This document shows positions 36,819 through 45,648 of a stretch of 64,000 nt of DNA, in pieces. The position numbers and the translations under genes are program-made. The DNA comes from Desulfobacterales bacterium (GTDB taxonomy: Bacteria; Desulfobacterota; Desulfobacteria; Desulfobacterales; UBA11574): NCBI GenBank assembly GCA_035529735.1, contig DATKWE010000023.1, positions 332-64,331 of the forward strand, written 5' to 3'. Every line of letters begins with the position of its first letter. Within the stretch, counting starts at the first letter, position 1. Under the pieces are notes generated by a model. It saw only the letters and a program-made list of their open reading frames with translations, ran no database searches and was not told where the DNA came from.

Positions 36819-37037
36819 TCACGTCCCCCCGTTAAATCCGATGGTAACATCATCCTGATCCACAATGACCGGAACCTTGCGTATACCGTCGGAATATTTC
36901 AGCATGGTCTTCATTTGACCAGGATCCGTCTTAACGCTAAAGTAGTCGACCGCCCTGCCCTGCTTGGCAAAAGCTTCACGAGCTTGATTGGTATAGGGTC
37001 AAGTGTCTTTGCCGAAAATCAATATTTTATCAGCCAT
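36819..37037 (-). CDS. Glutaredoxin-like protein with an in-frame UGA (candidate selenocysteine) at the active site; not in the ORF track
   Basis: Hand translation gives MADKILIFGKDT-U-PYTNQAREAFAKQGRAVDYFSVKTDPGQMKTMLKYSDGIRKVPVIVDQDDVTIGFNGGT*. The TGA is at 37001-36999. SD GGAGGGAGGA. A small hairpin begins 13 nt after the TGA. Confidence 0.55.
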
Positions 37038-37151
37038 GGGTCCTCCCTCCCTAAGCTATAATTAATACCCGAGTACAATAAAAAATAATTTCTTGCAATT
37101 TCAGACTTTTGCAATTAATAGTCAGAAAATCACTAACAGCTATTTAATCTT

Positions 37152-37197
37152 TTGTCAATGATTACAGATTGACAAATACCATGGCGGTTGATAAAAT
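37152..37197 (+). promoter_or_regulatory. Near-consensus sigma70 promoter of ptsH-ptsI with an overlapping 8-bp inverted repeat
   Basis: TTGACA (37169-37174), 17 nt, TAAAAT (37192-37197). The palindrome TTGTCAAT-N8-ATTGACAA (37152-37175) covers the -35. Confidence 0.55.
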
Positions 37198-37238
37198 TTT
37201 AATGAATCTTAAGGGGGCGTTCTTTTCTAATTTGTACG

Positions 37239-37520
37239 ATGAACAAATCTGATAACAGGCTTTCAAAGAGTGTTACCATTACAAACGATCTTGGCCTTCA
37301 CGCAAGATCCGCAGCTCAGATAGCAAAACTCGCCCAAAACGTAAAATCAAAAGTGTGGATCATAAAGGACGGAGAAAAGGTGGATGCCGCCAGCATCATC
37401 GACATTCTTACGCTGGCCTGTGCCAAAGGATCAAAAATTACTTTAAAAATTGACGACCAATCGGATCTTGATATTTTAAACGATATCACCCAGCTGATTG
37501 AAAGCGGCTTTGGAGAATAA
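37239..37520 (+). CDS. ptsH: Phosphocarrier protein HPr
   Basis: GLHARSAAQIAKLA carries the active-site His; 93 aa. Confidence 0.9.
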   Translation: MNKSDNRLSKSVTITNDLGLHARSAAQIAKLAQNVKSKVWIIKDGEKVDAASIIDILTLACAKGSKITLKIDDQSDLDILNDITQLIESGFGE

Positions 37521-37526
37521 CCCGGC

Positions 37527-39299
37527 ATGTTTGATACCAACAAAATGGAAATACACCTTCACGGTATTGGTGTTTCTCCGGGAATTTGCATCGGCAAGGC
37601 ATACCTGGTTGGCAAGGAAGGCGTTGATATTATTGATAAATACCACATCGGTGAAGATGATTTGCAAAACGAGATCAAACGGTTCAAATCTGCCGTAAAA
37701 AATGCCAAGGATAAACTGCAGGAAATCATTGAGTCAACGCCTGAAGGATTGCGCGAACACGCCTATATTCTTGAAACCCACAAGGTCATGCTTAAGGACA
37801 AGATGCTCTATGACAAGACGATAGAAACCATAGAAAAAGAACGGATAAACGCTGAATGGGCGCTCAAGAAAGTCGTATCGAATGTCAAATCCATGTTTAA
37901 CAATATGACGGATGCTTATTTACAGGGGCGGGCGGCCGACTTTGTACATGTATCTGAGAGCATCATGCAGAACCTTGTCGGGGCAAAAACGGTAGATATC
38001 GCCCTTATCGACAAACGGGTCATTCTGGTTGCCACAGACATCTCGCCTGCAGAAACCAGCCAGATACAACTGGAAAAGATACAGGGGCTTGTCACCGATC
38101 TCGGCGGCAAGACATCGCATACGGGCATCATTGCCCGGACCTTTGAAATTCCCGCTGTTCAGGGCCTTGACAATGCCACCCGGACAATCAAAAACGACGA
38201 TATCATCATCGTAGACGGCAATTCCGGCATTGTCATCGTCAACCCCACGGATCAGACCCTGATAGAGTTCGAAGAACGTCAATCCAGATACGAAGAATAT
38301 CGAGCAGTTATTACCAGAGACAGCCACCTTCCGGCCGAAACAACCGATGGGTTCAAACTGGAGGTTATGGGAAATATTGAACTCCCTGAAGAGGTTGTTT
38401 CCGTAATCAACTATGGTGGAGACGGAATCGGACTTTTCCGAACTGAATTTCAATATTTAAGCCAATTCAATTTTCCCAGTGAGGATCAGCTGTTTGACCA
38501 ATACAAGGATGTCATTGAAGTCATGATGCCAAAGTCCGTGACGATTCGAACCCTCGACATCAGCGGCGAAAAAGCAGTGTCTTACGCCACTAATTCTGAA
38601 GAAAGGAACCCTGTTTTAGGACTTCGTGGAATACGGTACTGTTTAAAAAAACCGGAAGTTTTCAAAACCCAGCTGCGTGCCATACTAAGGGCCTCTGCAT
38701 TCGGCAAAATCAGAATTCTGTTTCCGATGATATCCTGCCAAGAAGAAGTCTTGGCGGCCAAAAAGATGTTTGCTGAGGCCGCCGATTCTCTGGATAAAGA
38801 AGGTACACCCTTTGACGGGAACATAGAGATCGGCATAATGATAGAAGTCCCTTCGGCCGCGATCATGGCGGATGTAATGGCAAAGGAAGTCGATTTCTTC
38901 AGTATCGGAACCAACGACCTTATACAGTATACCTTGGCAGTGGACAGGGTCAACAAACAGGTTGCCCACCTGTATCAGCCGCTCAACCCAGCCATTATCC
39001 GGATGATCAAACATGTTGCCGATGTCGCAAAGAACAGCGACGTGAAAGTTTTCATGTGCGGAGAGATGGCAGGCGACCCGGTTAACATACCGATACTCTT
39101 AGGATTGGGAATTAAAAGATTGAGCATGAATCCTCAGTCAATACCGGCAGTTAAAAAGATTATTCGATCCCTCAATGTCGAAGATGCCAAACGCTTTACC
39201 AACGACGCTCTAAAAGAGACAACCGAGACGGGCGTGTTGGAACTGGTGTTTCAAACTTACGGCAGTACACTGTTCGAAATAGGCTATGCCGAATCATAA
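37527..39299 (+). CDS. ptsI: PEP-protein phosphotransferase, Enzyme I
   Basis: 590 aa with GGKTSHTGIIAR (phospho-His) and GIGLFRTEF, SIGTNDLIQY. Confidence 0.95.
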   Translation: MFDTNKMEIHLHGIGVSPGICIGKAYLVGKEGVDIIDKYHIGEDDLQNEIKRFKSAVKNAKDKLQEIIESTPEGLREHAYILETHKVMLKDKMLYDKTIETIEKERINAEWALKKVVSNVKSMFNNMTDAYLQGRAADFVHVSESIMQNLVGAKTVDIALIDKRVILVATDISPAETSQIQLEKIQGLVTDLGGKTSHTGIIARTFEIPAVQGLDNATRTIKNDDIIIVDGNSGIVIVNPTDQTLIEFEERQSRYEEYRAVITRDSHLPAETTDGFKLEVMGNIELPEEVVSVINYGGDGIGLFRTEFQYLSQFNFPSEDQLFDQYKDVIEVMMPKSVTIRTLDISGEKAVSYATNSEERNPVLGLRGIRYCLKKPEVFKTQLRAILRASAFGKIRILFPMISCQEEVLAAKKMFAEAADSLDKEGTPFDGNIEIGIMIEVPSAAIMADVMAKEVDFFSIGTNDLIQYTLAVDRVNKQVAHLYQPLNPAIIRMIKHVADVAKNSDVKVFMCGEMAGDPVNIPILLGLGIKRLSMNPQSIPAVKKIIRSLNVEDAKRFTNDALKETTETGVLELVFQTYGSTLFEIGYAES

Positions 39300-39413
39300 T
39301 CTCTTCCTTTTATTCCTTTGGTATCATTATGGTTTTCATTAATTTTCCAAGGCATCCTCGACGTTCGCTCGTTTGGGGTATAAGATCGATTTTTCACCAA
39401 GGAGAAAAAACGT

Positions 39414-39872
39414 TTGAGCTCAAATCATATCAAAATTCTAACTGAAAACAGAAAAGCCAGACACAACTATTTTATTGAAGATACTTACGAGGCTGGGATG
39501 GTCCTTTTGGGAACCGAAGTTAAATCACTTCGGCTGGGCCGCGTTAATTTGAAAGATTCATATGCCAGAATAAAAAAGGGGGAGGTGTTTGTTCACCAGA
39601 TCCATATCGGTGCGTATCCCTTTGCTTTTTATGGGAATCACGACCCTTTAAGAAAAAGAAAACTCCTTTTGCACAAGGATGAAATAAAAAAGCTATACGG
39701 CAAAGTCAATGAAAAGGGGCTCTCCCTCATTCCCTTGAAGATTTATTTCCAGAACGGGAAGGTCAAATTAACCCTGGCCCTGGCCAAAGGCAAGCGCAAG
39801 TATGATAAACGGGAGACCATCCGGCGGCGTGACGAACAAAGGGATCTGGAAAGGTCCAAAAAGGAATATTAG
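39414..39872 (+). CDS. smpB: SsrA-binding protein SmpB
   Basis: NRKARHNYFIEDTYEAGMVLLGTEVKSLR. TTG start with SD AAGGAG. Confidence 0.9.
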   Translation: MSSNHIKILTENRKARHNYFIEDTYEAGMVLLGTEVKSLRLGRVNLKDSYARIKKGEVFVHQIHIGAYPFAFYGNHDPLRKRKLLLHKDEIKKLYGKVNEKGLSLIPLKIYFQNGKVKLTLALAKGKRKYDKRETIRRRDEQRDLERSKKEY

Positions 39873-40208
39873 GGCCTGCCGCCGAAACCCGGTGTCTCGG
39901 AATTTGTATACCACAAAAAATCAATATTCCACACAGGCGATTCCTAAACTCGCCCTTCGGGCTCAACCAGTCGGAATCGCATTTCTTTCTCTTCACCAAG
40001 GCGAATTTCAGTCACACAGGAACGGTGTTGTCAAACCGTCGCAGTACCATACCACGACGTCCCCGCCGATACCTTAGTCCCGGGCGCTCAAACTCGCAAG
40101 AAACCCGGGATCCCAACAAACCATTTCCACCTTGCATTTTCCATAAGGTGTGCTTATAGTTTTTACATATAAGAGAATTTAAAGGCTCGAGAAAAATCAA
40201 CCTTCCAA

Positions 40209-41975
40209 GTGGATATATTATCGAAAATGAAAGAACGTAGTGAAAAAATTCCAGATCCTAAAGAAATCGAAAAGGAGATCGGCGATTTTCTGGCGAAAAA
40301 ATTCGGCGGCAACGTTAAAATGATAACGCCAGTGGTTTTACCCCAGAAAGTCAGCACCGAAACGGCCGAAAAATCTGAAAAAAAAGAAAAAAAGATTAAT
40401 TTTAATTTAAAGCCCGAAGAACTCATCTCCTTTCTCGACCAGTATATCGTTAAGCAGGATAACGCCAAAGCGATTCTGGCAACAAAAATATGTACCCATT
40501 TCAACCGAATAAAACGAGCGGAAAGCGGTTCTGAAGAGACCAATGACATGGTCGGCCACATCAAAAACAATATACTGATGTTCGGCCCCACCGGTGTTGG
40601 CAAAACGTACATCATCAAGCTGATCGCCAAAAAAATCAATGTCCCTTTTGTCAAGGGTGACGCCACCAAATTTAGCGAAACCGGTTATGTGGGCGGTGAT
40701 GTTGAAGATCTTGTCCGTGACCTCGTAAGGGAAGCAGACGATGATATCAAACTGGCTCAATATGGTATCATCTACATCGATGAAATCGACAAAATTGCAT
40801 CCGGCCGAAATATCATCGGTGTTGATGTCTCCCGATCCGGCGTCCAGCGCGCGCTGCTAAAACCCATGGAAGAGACCGAGGTCGATTTAAAAGTACCCCA
40901 TGATCCTATTTCCATGATTCAGGAGATCGAACGGTTTCGTAAAACAGGCAAACGGGATAAAAGAACTGTCAATACGAGCAAAATACTGTTTATTATGAGC
41001 GGAGCCTTTGGCGATTTGCCCCGAATTGTTAAAAAACGGGTTGCCGCACAGGAAATCGGCTTTGGCGCGCACATTAAAAACCCTCAGGATGATGTGGACA
41101 TCCTTAAACAGGCAAAGGCAGAAGACCTCATAGAATTCGGATTTGAATCTGAATTTGTGGGACGGCTTCCGGTGAGGGCTGTCTTTGAAAAATTGACCGA
41201 AGATGACCTTTTCGAAATCCTGAAAAACCCCAGCAACCCGATAATTCTCGGCAAAAAACTCGATTTTGCGGCGTATGATATCGATATAAAATTTGAAGCC
41301 ACGGCCCTTAAAATTTTAGCGAAAAAGGCCTTTCAAGAAAATACCGGTGCAAGGGGGCTCGTCAGTGCAGTTGAAGGGGCACTGCTTGTGTTCGAAAAGA
41401 AATTTCCGTCATGCAACATCAAAAAATTTCCGGTGACCCGCTCTGTGGTTGAAGATCCCGAAAGGTCTATTGAAAAAATACTCGCAGTGTCAGATCACGG
41501 CCAATTAAATGAAACGTATGAGAAACTGTTTCTTGAAGAAAAGGAATATCTTAAACAGTATTTAAACCTAAACAAGAAAAATCTATCCGAAAAATACGCG
41601 TTGACGCTTACACCTTCGCGCATTGAGGTGGTGGCTTCATATTACGCAAATCACATCATGGATATTGAAAGGGTCATCAAAAAGATCAAATCCTTTTATG
41701 ATGACATTAAGAAAATGGAATTATACTTTTATAAAAATCACGACATCAACATTGTCATGGAAGATGATGCCATTGATTACATTATTGAACAGTTTGAAAA
41801 TTACGCCTACAACCCTGAAGCATTTTACGATCATCTGACAACAGATTTTGAATATGGACTCAAACTGGTTCAAGAAAAAACAGGTAAAAATCGTTTCTTC
41901 ATAACCAAGAATGCGCTATTGAATCCCGAATCTTTTATAAGCAGTCTCATTCAGAACAAGTTAAGTGTCCCCTAA
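40209..41975 (+). CDS. ClpX-like AAA+ unfoldase lacking the N-terminal zinc-binding domain, with a ~190-aa C-terminal extension
   Basis: Walker A GPTGVGKT, Walker B IIYIDEIDK, IGF-loop-like QEIGFGA. The N-terminus has no Cys cluster. The start (GTG 40209 or ATG 40227) is uncertain. Confidence 0.8.
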   Translation: MDILSKMKERSEKIPDPKEIEKEIGDFLAKKFGGNVKMITPVVLPQKVSTETAEKSEKKEKKINFNLKPEELISFLDQYIVKQDNAKAILATKICTHFNRIKRAESGSEETNDMVGHIKNNILMFGPTGVGKTYIIKLIAKKINVPFVKGDATKFSETGYVGGDVEDLVRDLVREADDDIKLAQYGIIYIDEIDKIASGRNIIGVDVSRSGVQRALLKPMEETEVDLKVPHDPISMIQEIERFRKTGKRDKRTVNTSKILFIMSGAFGDLPRIVKKRVAAQEIGFGAHIKNPQDDVDILKQAKAEDLIEFGFESEFVGRLPVRAVFEKLTEDDLFEILKNPSNPIILGKKLDFAAYDIDIKFEATALKILAKKAFQENTGARGLVSAVEGALLVFEKKFPSCNIKKFPVTRSVVEDPERSIEKILAVSDHGQLNETYEKLFLEEKEYLKQYLNLNKKNLSEKYALTLTPSRIEVVASYYANHIMDIERVIKKIKSFYDDIKKMELYFYKNHDINIVMEDDAIDYIIEQFENYAYNPEAFYDHLTTDFEYGLKLVQEKTGKNRFFITKNALLNPESFISSLIQNKLSVP

Positions 41976-42004
41976 TCTTCAATTCTTGAACTGGAAATAT
42001 CGAT

Positions 42005-43183
42005 ATGATCGGAATATCTAAATTGTACTGCGGAACTGTCGAGCCATCGGATGCCCTTCGTTATGGAAGAATGTCATCTAAATTACCGTCTCATCTTCTA
42101 CAGTTTTCCATCGACAAACGGCCTGTGGTGGTCTGGAACATCACCCGGCGATGCAACTTAAAATGCGTACATTGCTATGCCCATGCCAAAAACATCCCAT
42201 TTGACAACGAGCTTTCAACCACCGAAGGAAAAAATTTAATCGACGATCTCGCAGAATTTGGCGTTCCGGTAATATTGTTTTCCGGCGGTGAACCTCTGGT
42301 CCGAAAAGACCTCCCGGAACTTGCAGACTATGCCGTCAAAAAGGGCATGAGAGCTGTTATATCGACCAACGGAACACTGATAACACCTCAAACAGCTCGA
42401 ACACTCAAGAACATCGGCCTTTCCTATGTCGGCATCAGTCTTGACGGAATGGAAGAGATCAATGACCGGTTCAGAGGGGTCAAAGGGGCTTTCAGATCTG
42501 CTTTGGAAGGCATTGAAAACTGTAAAAAGGCCGGCATAAAAGTTGGGCTACGCTTTACCATCAACAAATCGAATGCCGGACAGATTTCGGAAATATTCAA
42601 CCTCCTTGAAGAGATGGATATTCCAAGGGCATGCTTTTATCATCTGGTATATGCCGGTCGGGGATCAGAGCTTGTAAAAGAAGATCTTTCCCATGAGGAA
42701 TCCCGAAAAGCCGTCGATCTTATCCTGGATCTTACGAAACAGCTCCATGACAAGGGAGATCTCAAAGAGGTTCTAACCGTTGACAATCATGCGGATGGAC
42801 CCTACCTTTATTTACGGCTGCTCAGAGAAAATCCTGAACGTGCACGGGAAGTTCTCGAACTTCTCGAAATGAACCAGGGCAACAGTTCCGGAATAGGAAT
42901 CGGCTGCGTAAGCTGGGACGGCGAGGTCTATGCCGACCAGTTCTGGCGCCATTACAGTTTCGGCAATGTCAGGAATCGGCCGTTTTCTGAAATCTGGACC
43001 GACACCTCTGATCCGCTGATGAAAAAACTCAAAGAGAAGAAAAAGTACGCCAAAGGAAAGTGCAAGACATGCCGATGGCTGGACATTTGCGCCGGCAATT
43101 TCAGGGTTAGATCCGAGGCTGTAACCGGTGATATGTGGGCACCGGATCCGGCGTGTTATCTGACAGACGAAGAAATAGGTTGA
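42005..43183 (+). CDS. ahbC: Radical SAM protein, NirJ1/AhbC-like (alternative haem biosynthesis)
   Basis: CNLKCVHCYA cluster motif, N-terminal LYCG...SDALRYG, C-terminal Cys-rich SPASM-like tail. Neighbour of hemB. Confidence 0.7.
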   Translation: MIGISKLYCGTVEPSDALRYGRMSSKLPSHLLQFSIDKRPVVVWNITRRCNLKCVHCYAHAKNIPFDNELSTTEGKNLIDDLAEFGVPVILFSGGEPLVRKDLPELADYAVKKGMRAVISTNGTLITPQTARTLKNIGLSYVGISLDGMEEINDRFRGVKGAFRSALEGIENCKKAGIKVGLRFTINKSNAGQISEIFNLLEEMDIPRACFYHLVYAGRGSELVKEDLSHEESRKAVDLILDLTKQLHDKGDLKEVLTVDNHADGPYLYLRLLRENPERAREVLELLEMNQGNSSGIGIGCVSWDGEVYADQFWRHYSFGNVRNRPFSEIWTDTSDPLMKKLKEKKKYAKGKCKTCRWLDICAGNFRVRSEAVTGDMWAPDPACYLTDEEIG

Positions 43184-43261
43184 GATCTATGCAAAGCTTC
43201 CCCTTTTCACACGTTCTGCGCTTGACCTGCCTGCCCCGTAGGTCTGGCAGATCGTACCGGG

Positions 43262-43361
43262 GTGGAATGCCTGCCCAATGAAATGTTTACCCCGTGGAAT
43301 GCGAAGCCTATTCCTCTGGGGCAACGCATATTTCATCGGGGCGGAGCCTATTCCTCTGGGG
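43262..43361 (+). repeat. Short dispersed/tandem repeats in the ahbC-hemB spacer
   Basis: GCG(A/G)AGCCTATTCCTCTGGGG occurs at 43301-43321 and 43341-43361 (20/21). GTGGAATGC occurs at 43262 and 43294. ATGAAAT/ATTTCAT are inverted. Confidence 0.85.
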
Positions 43362-43438
43362 TCAGACTCAGTTTTTAACCCACCACCGAACTTTGGCAAG
43401 TTAATCCTCAAAACACCTAAGATGAAATAGGAGTTGTT

Positions 43439-44416
43439 ATGCTTTTCCCAGATTACAGACCCAGGCGGTTACGGCAGAGTGATGCGTTCCGTCGTATGAT
43501 TCGTGAAACGAAACTTTCGGTAGACGACCTTATACTTCCACTTTTTGCCGTTCACGGTAAAGGGGTCAAAAACCCTATCGATTCGATGCCCGGCCACTAT
43601 CAGTTGTCCATAGATCATCTTGTGAAAACATCAAAAAAGGCATACGAACTCGGAATCCCTGCCATAATGCTTTTTGGACTTCCCGACAAGAAAGATCCCC
43701 TGGCAACCCGGGCTTACGCCAAAGACGGCATTGTTCAAAAAGCGACACGCGCCGTAAAAGATAAGATACCCGACCTCGCCGTTATCACCGATGTCTGTCT
43801 GTGTCAGTACATGGATCACGGCCACTGCGGCATTGTGGAGGGCCAGGTCATCGACAACGACGCCACCCTCGATCTTCTTGCCAGAACCGCCCTGTCTCAT
43901 GCTCAGGCCGGTGCAGATATGGTGGCACCTTCGGATATGATGGACGGCCGTGTGGCTGAGATTCGGAATATCCTGGATGAAAACGTTTTCAGCAACATAC
44001 CCATAATGTCTTATGCAGCCAAATACTGTTCCGGATTTTATGGACCGTTTCGTGATGCTGCCGACTCGCCGCCTAAGTTTGGAGATCGTCAGACGTATCA
44101 GATGGATCCTGCCAATGCGCTGGAAGCTATCCGGGAAGTAACCATGGACATTGAAGAAGGGGCCGATATCATCATGGTAAAGCCTGCGCTTCCTTATCTT
44201 GACATTATCTGCCGGGTCCGAGAAGAGATAGATCTTCCCTTGGCCGCTTATAATGTCAGCGGTGAGTTTGCAATGATAAAGGCCGCCGACAAAATGGGAT
44301 GGATAGACGGCCATCGAGTGATGATGGAAGTCCTTACGTCAATTAAGCGCGCCGGAGCCGATATGATTCTGACCTATTTTGCCATTGAAGCTGCACAAGC
44401 ATTATCATCACAGTAA
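43439..44416 (+). CDS. hemB: Porphobilinogen synthase (ALA dehydratase), Zn-type
   Basis: 325 aa with the Cys-rich metal site [14 protein letters not shown] and the active-site region SYAAKY. Confidence 0.95.
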   Translation: MLFPDYRPRRLRQSDAFRRMIRETKLSVDDLILPLFAVHGKGVKNPIDSMPGHYQLSIDHLVKTSKKAYELGIPAIMLFGLPDKKDPLATRAYAKDGIVQKATRAVKDKIPDLAVITDVCLCQYMDHGHCGIVEGQVIDNDATLDLLARTALSHAQAGADMVAPSDMMDGRVAEIRNILDENVFSNIPIMSYAAKYCSGFYGPFRDAADSPPKFGDRQTYQMDPANALEAIREVTMDIEEGADIIMVKPALPYLDIICRVREEIDLPLAAYNVSGEFAMIKAADKMGWIDGHRVMMEVLTSIKRAGADMILTYFAIEAAQALSSQ

Positions 44417-44420
44417 TGCC

Positions 44421-45527
44421 ATGACAAACACGTATAATACATCGGCCCCTCGATCCCACCCCCACGGTGAAAAAAAAGGGACCGCGCTGCGCCTTGTCGC
44501 CTGGGAAACCACGCGAAACTGCAACCTTGCCTGTATGCACTGCCGTGCATCGGCCACACACGGCCCGTTCAGCGGGGAACTCGACACCGATGCATCGTTC
44601 CGCCTCCTGGATCAGATCTCACACGTCGGAAAGCCGATAATTATTCTGACCGGCGGAGAACCCCTTTTGCGGCCGGATATTTTCGATATCGCAAGGTACG
44701 GCACAAAAAAAGGGCTCAGGATGGTCATGGCGCCCAACGGCACGCTGATTACTGAAAAATTTGCCAAACAAATGGCGGATTCCGGCATTCAAAGAATCAG
44801 CGTCAGCCTGGATGGTGCCACCATAGAAAGCCATGACAGATTCAGAGGGATAGACGGTGCATTTAAAGGTGCACTTCGCGGCATCAAACTGGCAAAAGAA
44901 GCCGGGGTAGAATTTCAAATCAACACAACCATTACAAAAAAAAATCTTAAGGAAATCCCTGAAATTCAGGAACTGGCCATAAAACTGGGCGCAGTTGCCC
45001 ACCATATTTTTCTTTTGGTTCCAACCGGCCGCGGAAAATATATTGTGGATCAGGAAATAACCGCGGCAGAATATGAACGCACATTAAACTGGTTCTATGA
45101 CCAGAGGGAGAAGTCCCCTTTGCAGCTCAAGGCCACATGCGCGCCGCATTACTACCGCATCCTCAGGCAACGGGCAAAGCAGGAAGGAAAAGCGGTTACG
45201 TTCAAAACACACGGGATGGATGCCCTCACCCGAGGATGTCTGGGCGGTACAGGATTTTGTTTCATTTCTCACCGGGGAATTGTTCAGCCGTGCGGCTTCC
45301 TCGACGTCAATTGCGGGGATATTACGAAAACATCTTTTGCAGACATCTGGAACGGTTCAGACACCTTTTTATCTTTACGCAATTTCAATAATCTAAAGGG
45401 TAAATGCGGAAGATGTGAATTCAGAAAGGTGTGCGGCGGCTGCAGGGCTAGGGCGTATGAAGCGACCGGTGATTTTTTGGCTGAAGAACCCCTCTGTGAT
45501 TACCAGCCGTTTTCCGGCAACCCATAA
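44421..45527 (+). CDS. ahbD: Radical SAM protein, NirJ2/AhbD-like (haem synthase of the alternative pathway)
   Basis: CNLACMHCRA plus C-terminal SPASM Cys motifs (GKCGRCEFRKVCGGCRARAY). Start moved to ATG 44421, 4 nt after the hemB stop. Confidence 0.7.
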   Translation: MTNTYNTSAPRSHPHGEKKGTALRLVAWETTRNCNLACMHCRASATHGPFSGELDTDASFRLLDQISHVGKPIIILTGGEPLLRPDIFDIARYGTKKGLRMVMAPNGTLITEKFAKQMADSGIQRISVSLDGATIESHDRFRGIDGAFKGALRGIKLAKEAGVEFQINTTITKKNLKEIPEIQELAIKLGAVAHHIFLLVPTGRGKYIVDQEITAAEYERTLNWFYDQREKSPLQLKATCAPHYYRILRQRAKQEGKAVTFKTHGMDALTRGCLGGTGFCFISHRGIVQPCGFLDVNCGDITKTSFADIWNGSDTFLSLRNFNNLKGKCGRCEFRKVCGGCRARAYEATGDFLAEEPLCDYQPFSGNP

Positions 45528-45648
45528 AACGTTCCGGTTTCGCACACTAAAACCACGGCTAAAAGCAGTGGATCAAAACGTGAGCACATGGGCAATCATC
45601 TTATCTTTTTGATAAATACCCGTTCTCTTGTTTGTGGAACGTTATGGT

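Noticed and set aside
39873-40208. Expected tmRNA (ssrA) next to smpB.
   Set aside because: On either strand there is no GGGG...acceptor start, no tRNA-Ala-like T-arm (GGTTCGA.TCC) and no CCA end. The only GGTTCGAATCC in the window belongs to tRNA-Arg.
43187-43411. 74-aa minus-strand ORF between ahbC and hemB.
   Set aside because: The sequence is generated by the short repeats (..PRGIGSAP..PQRNRLRIPRG..), there is no SD, and it is on the opposite strand to the surrounding operon.
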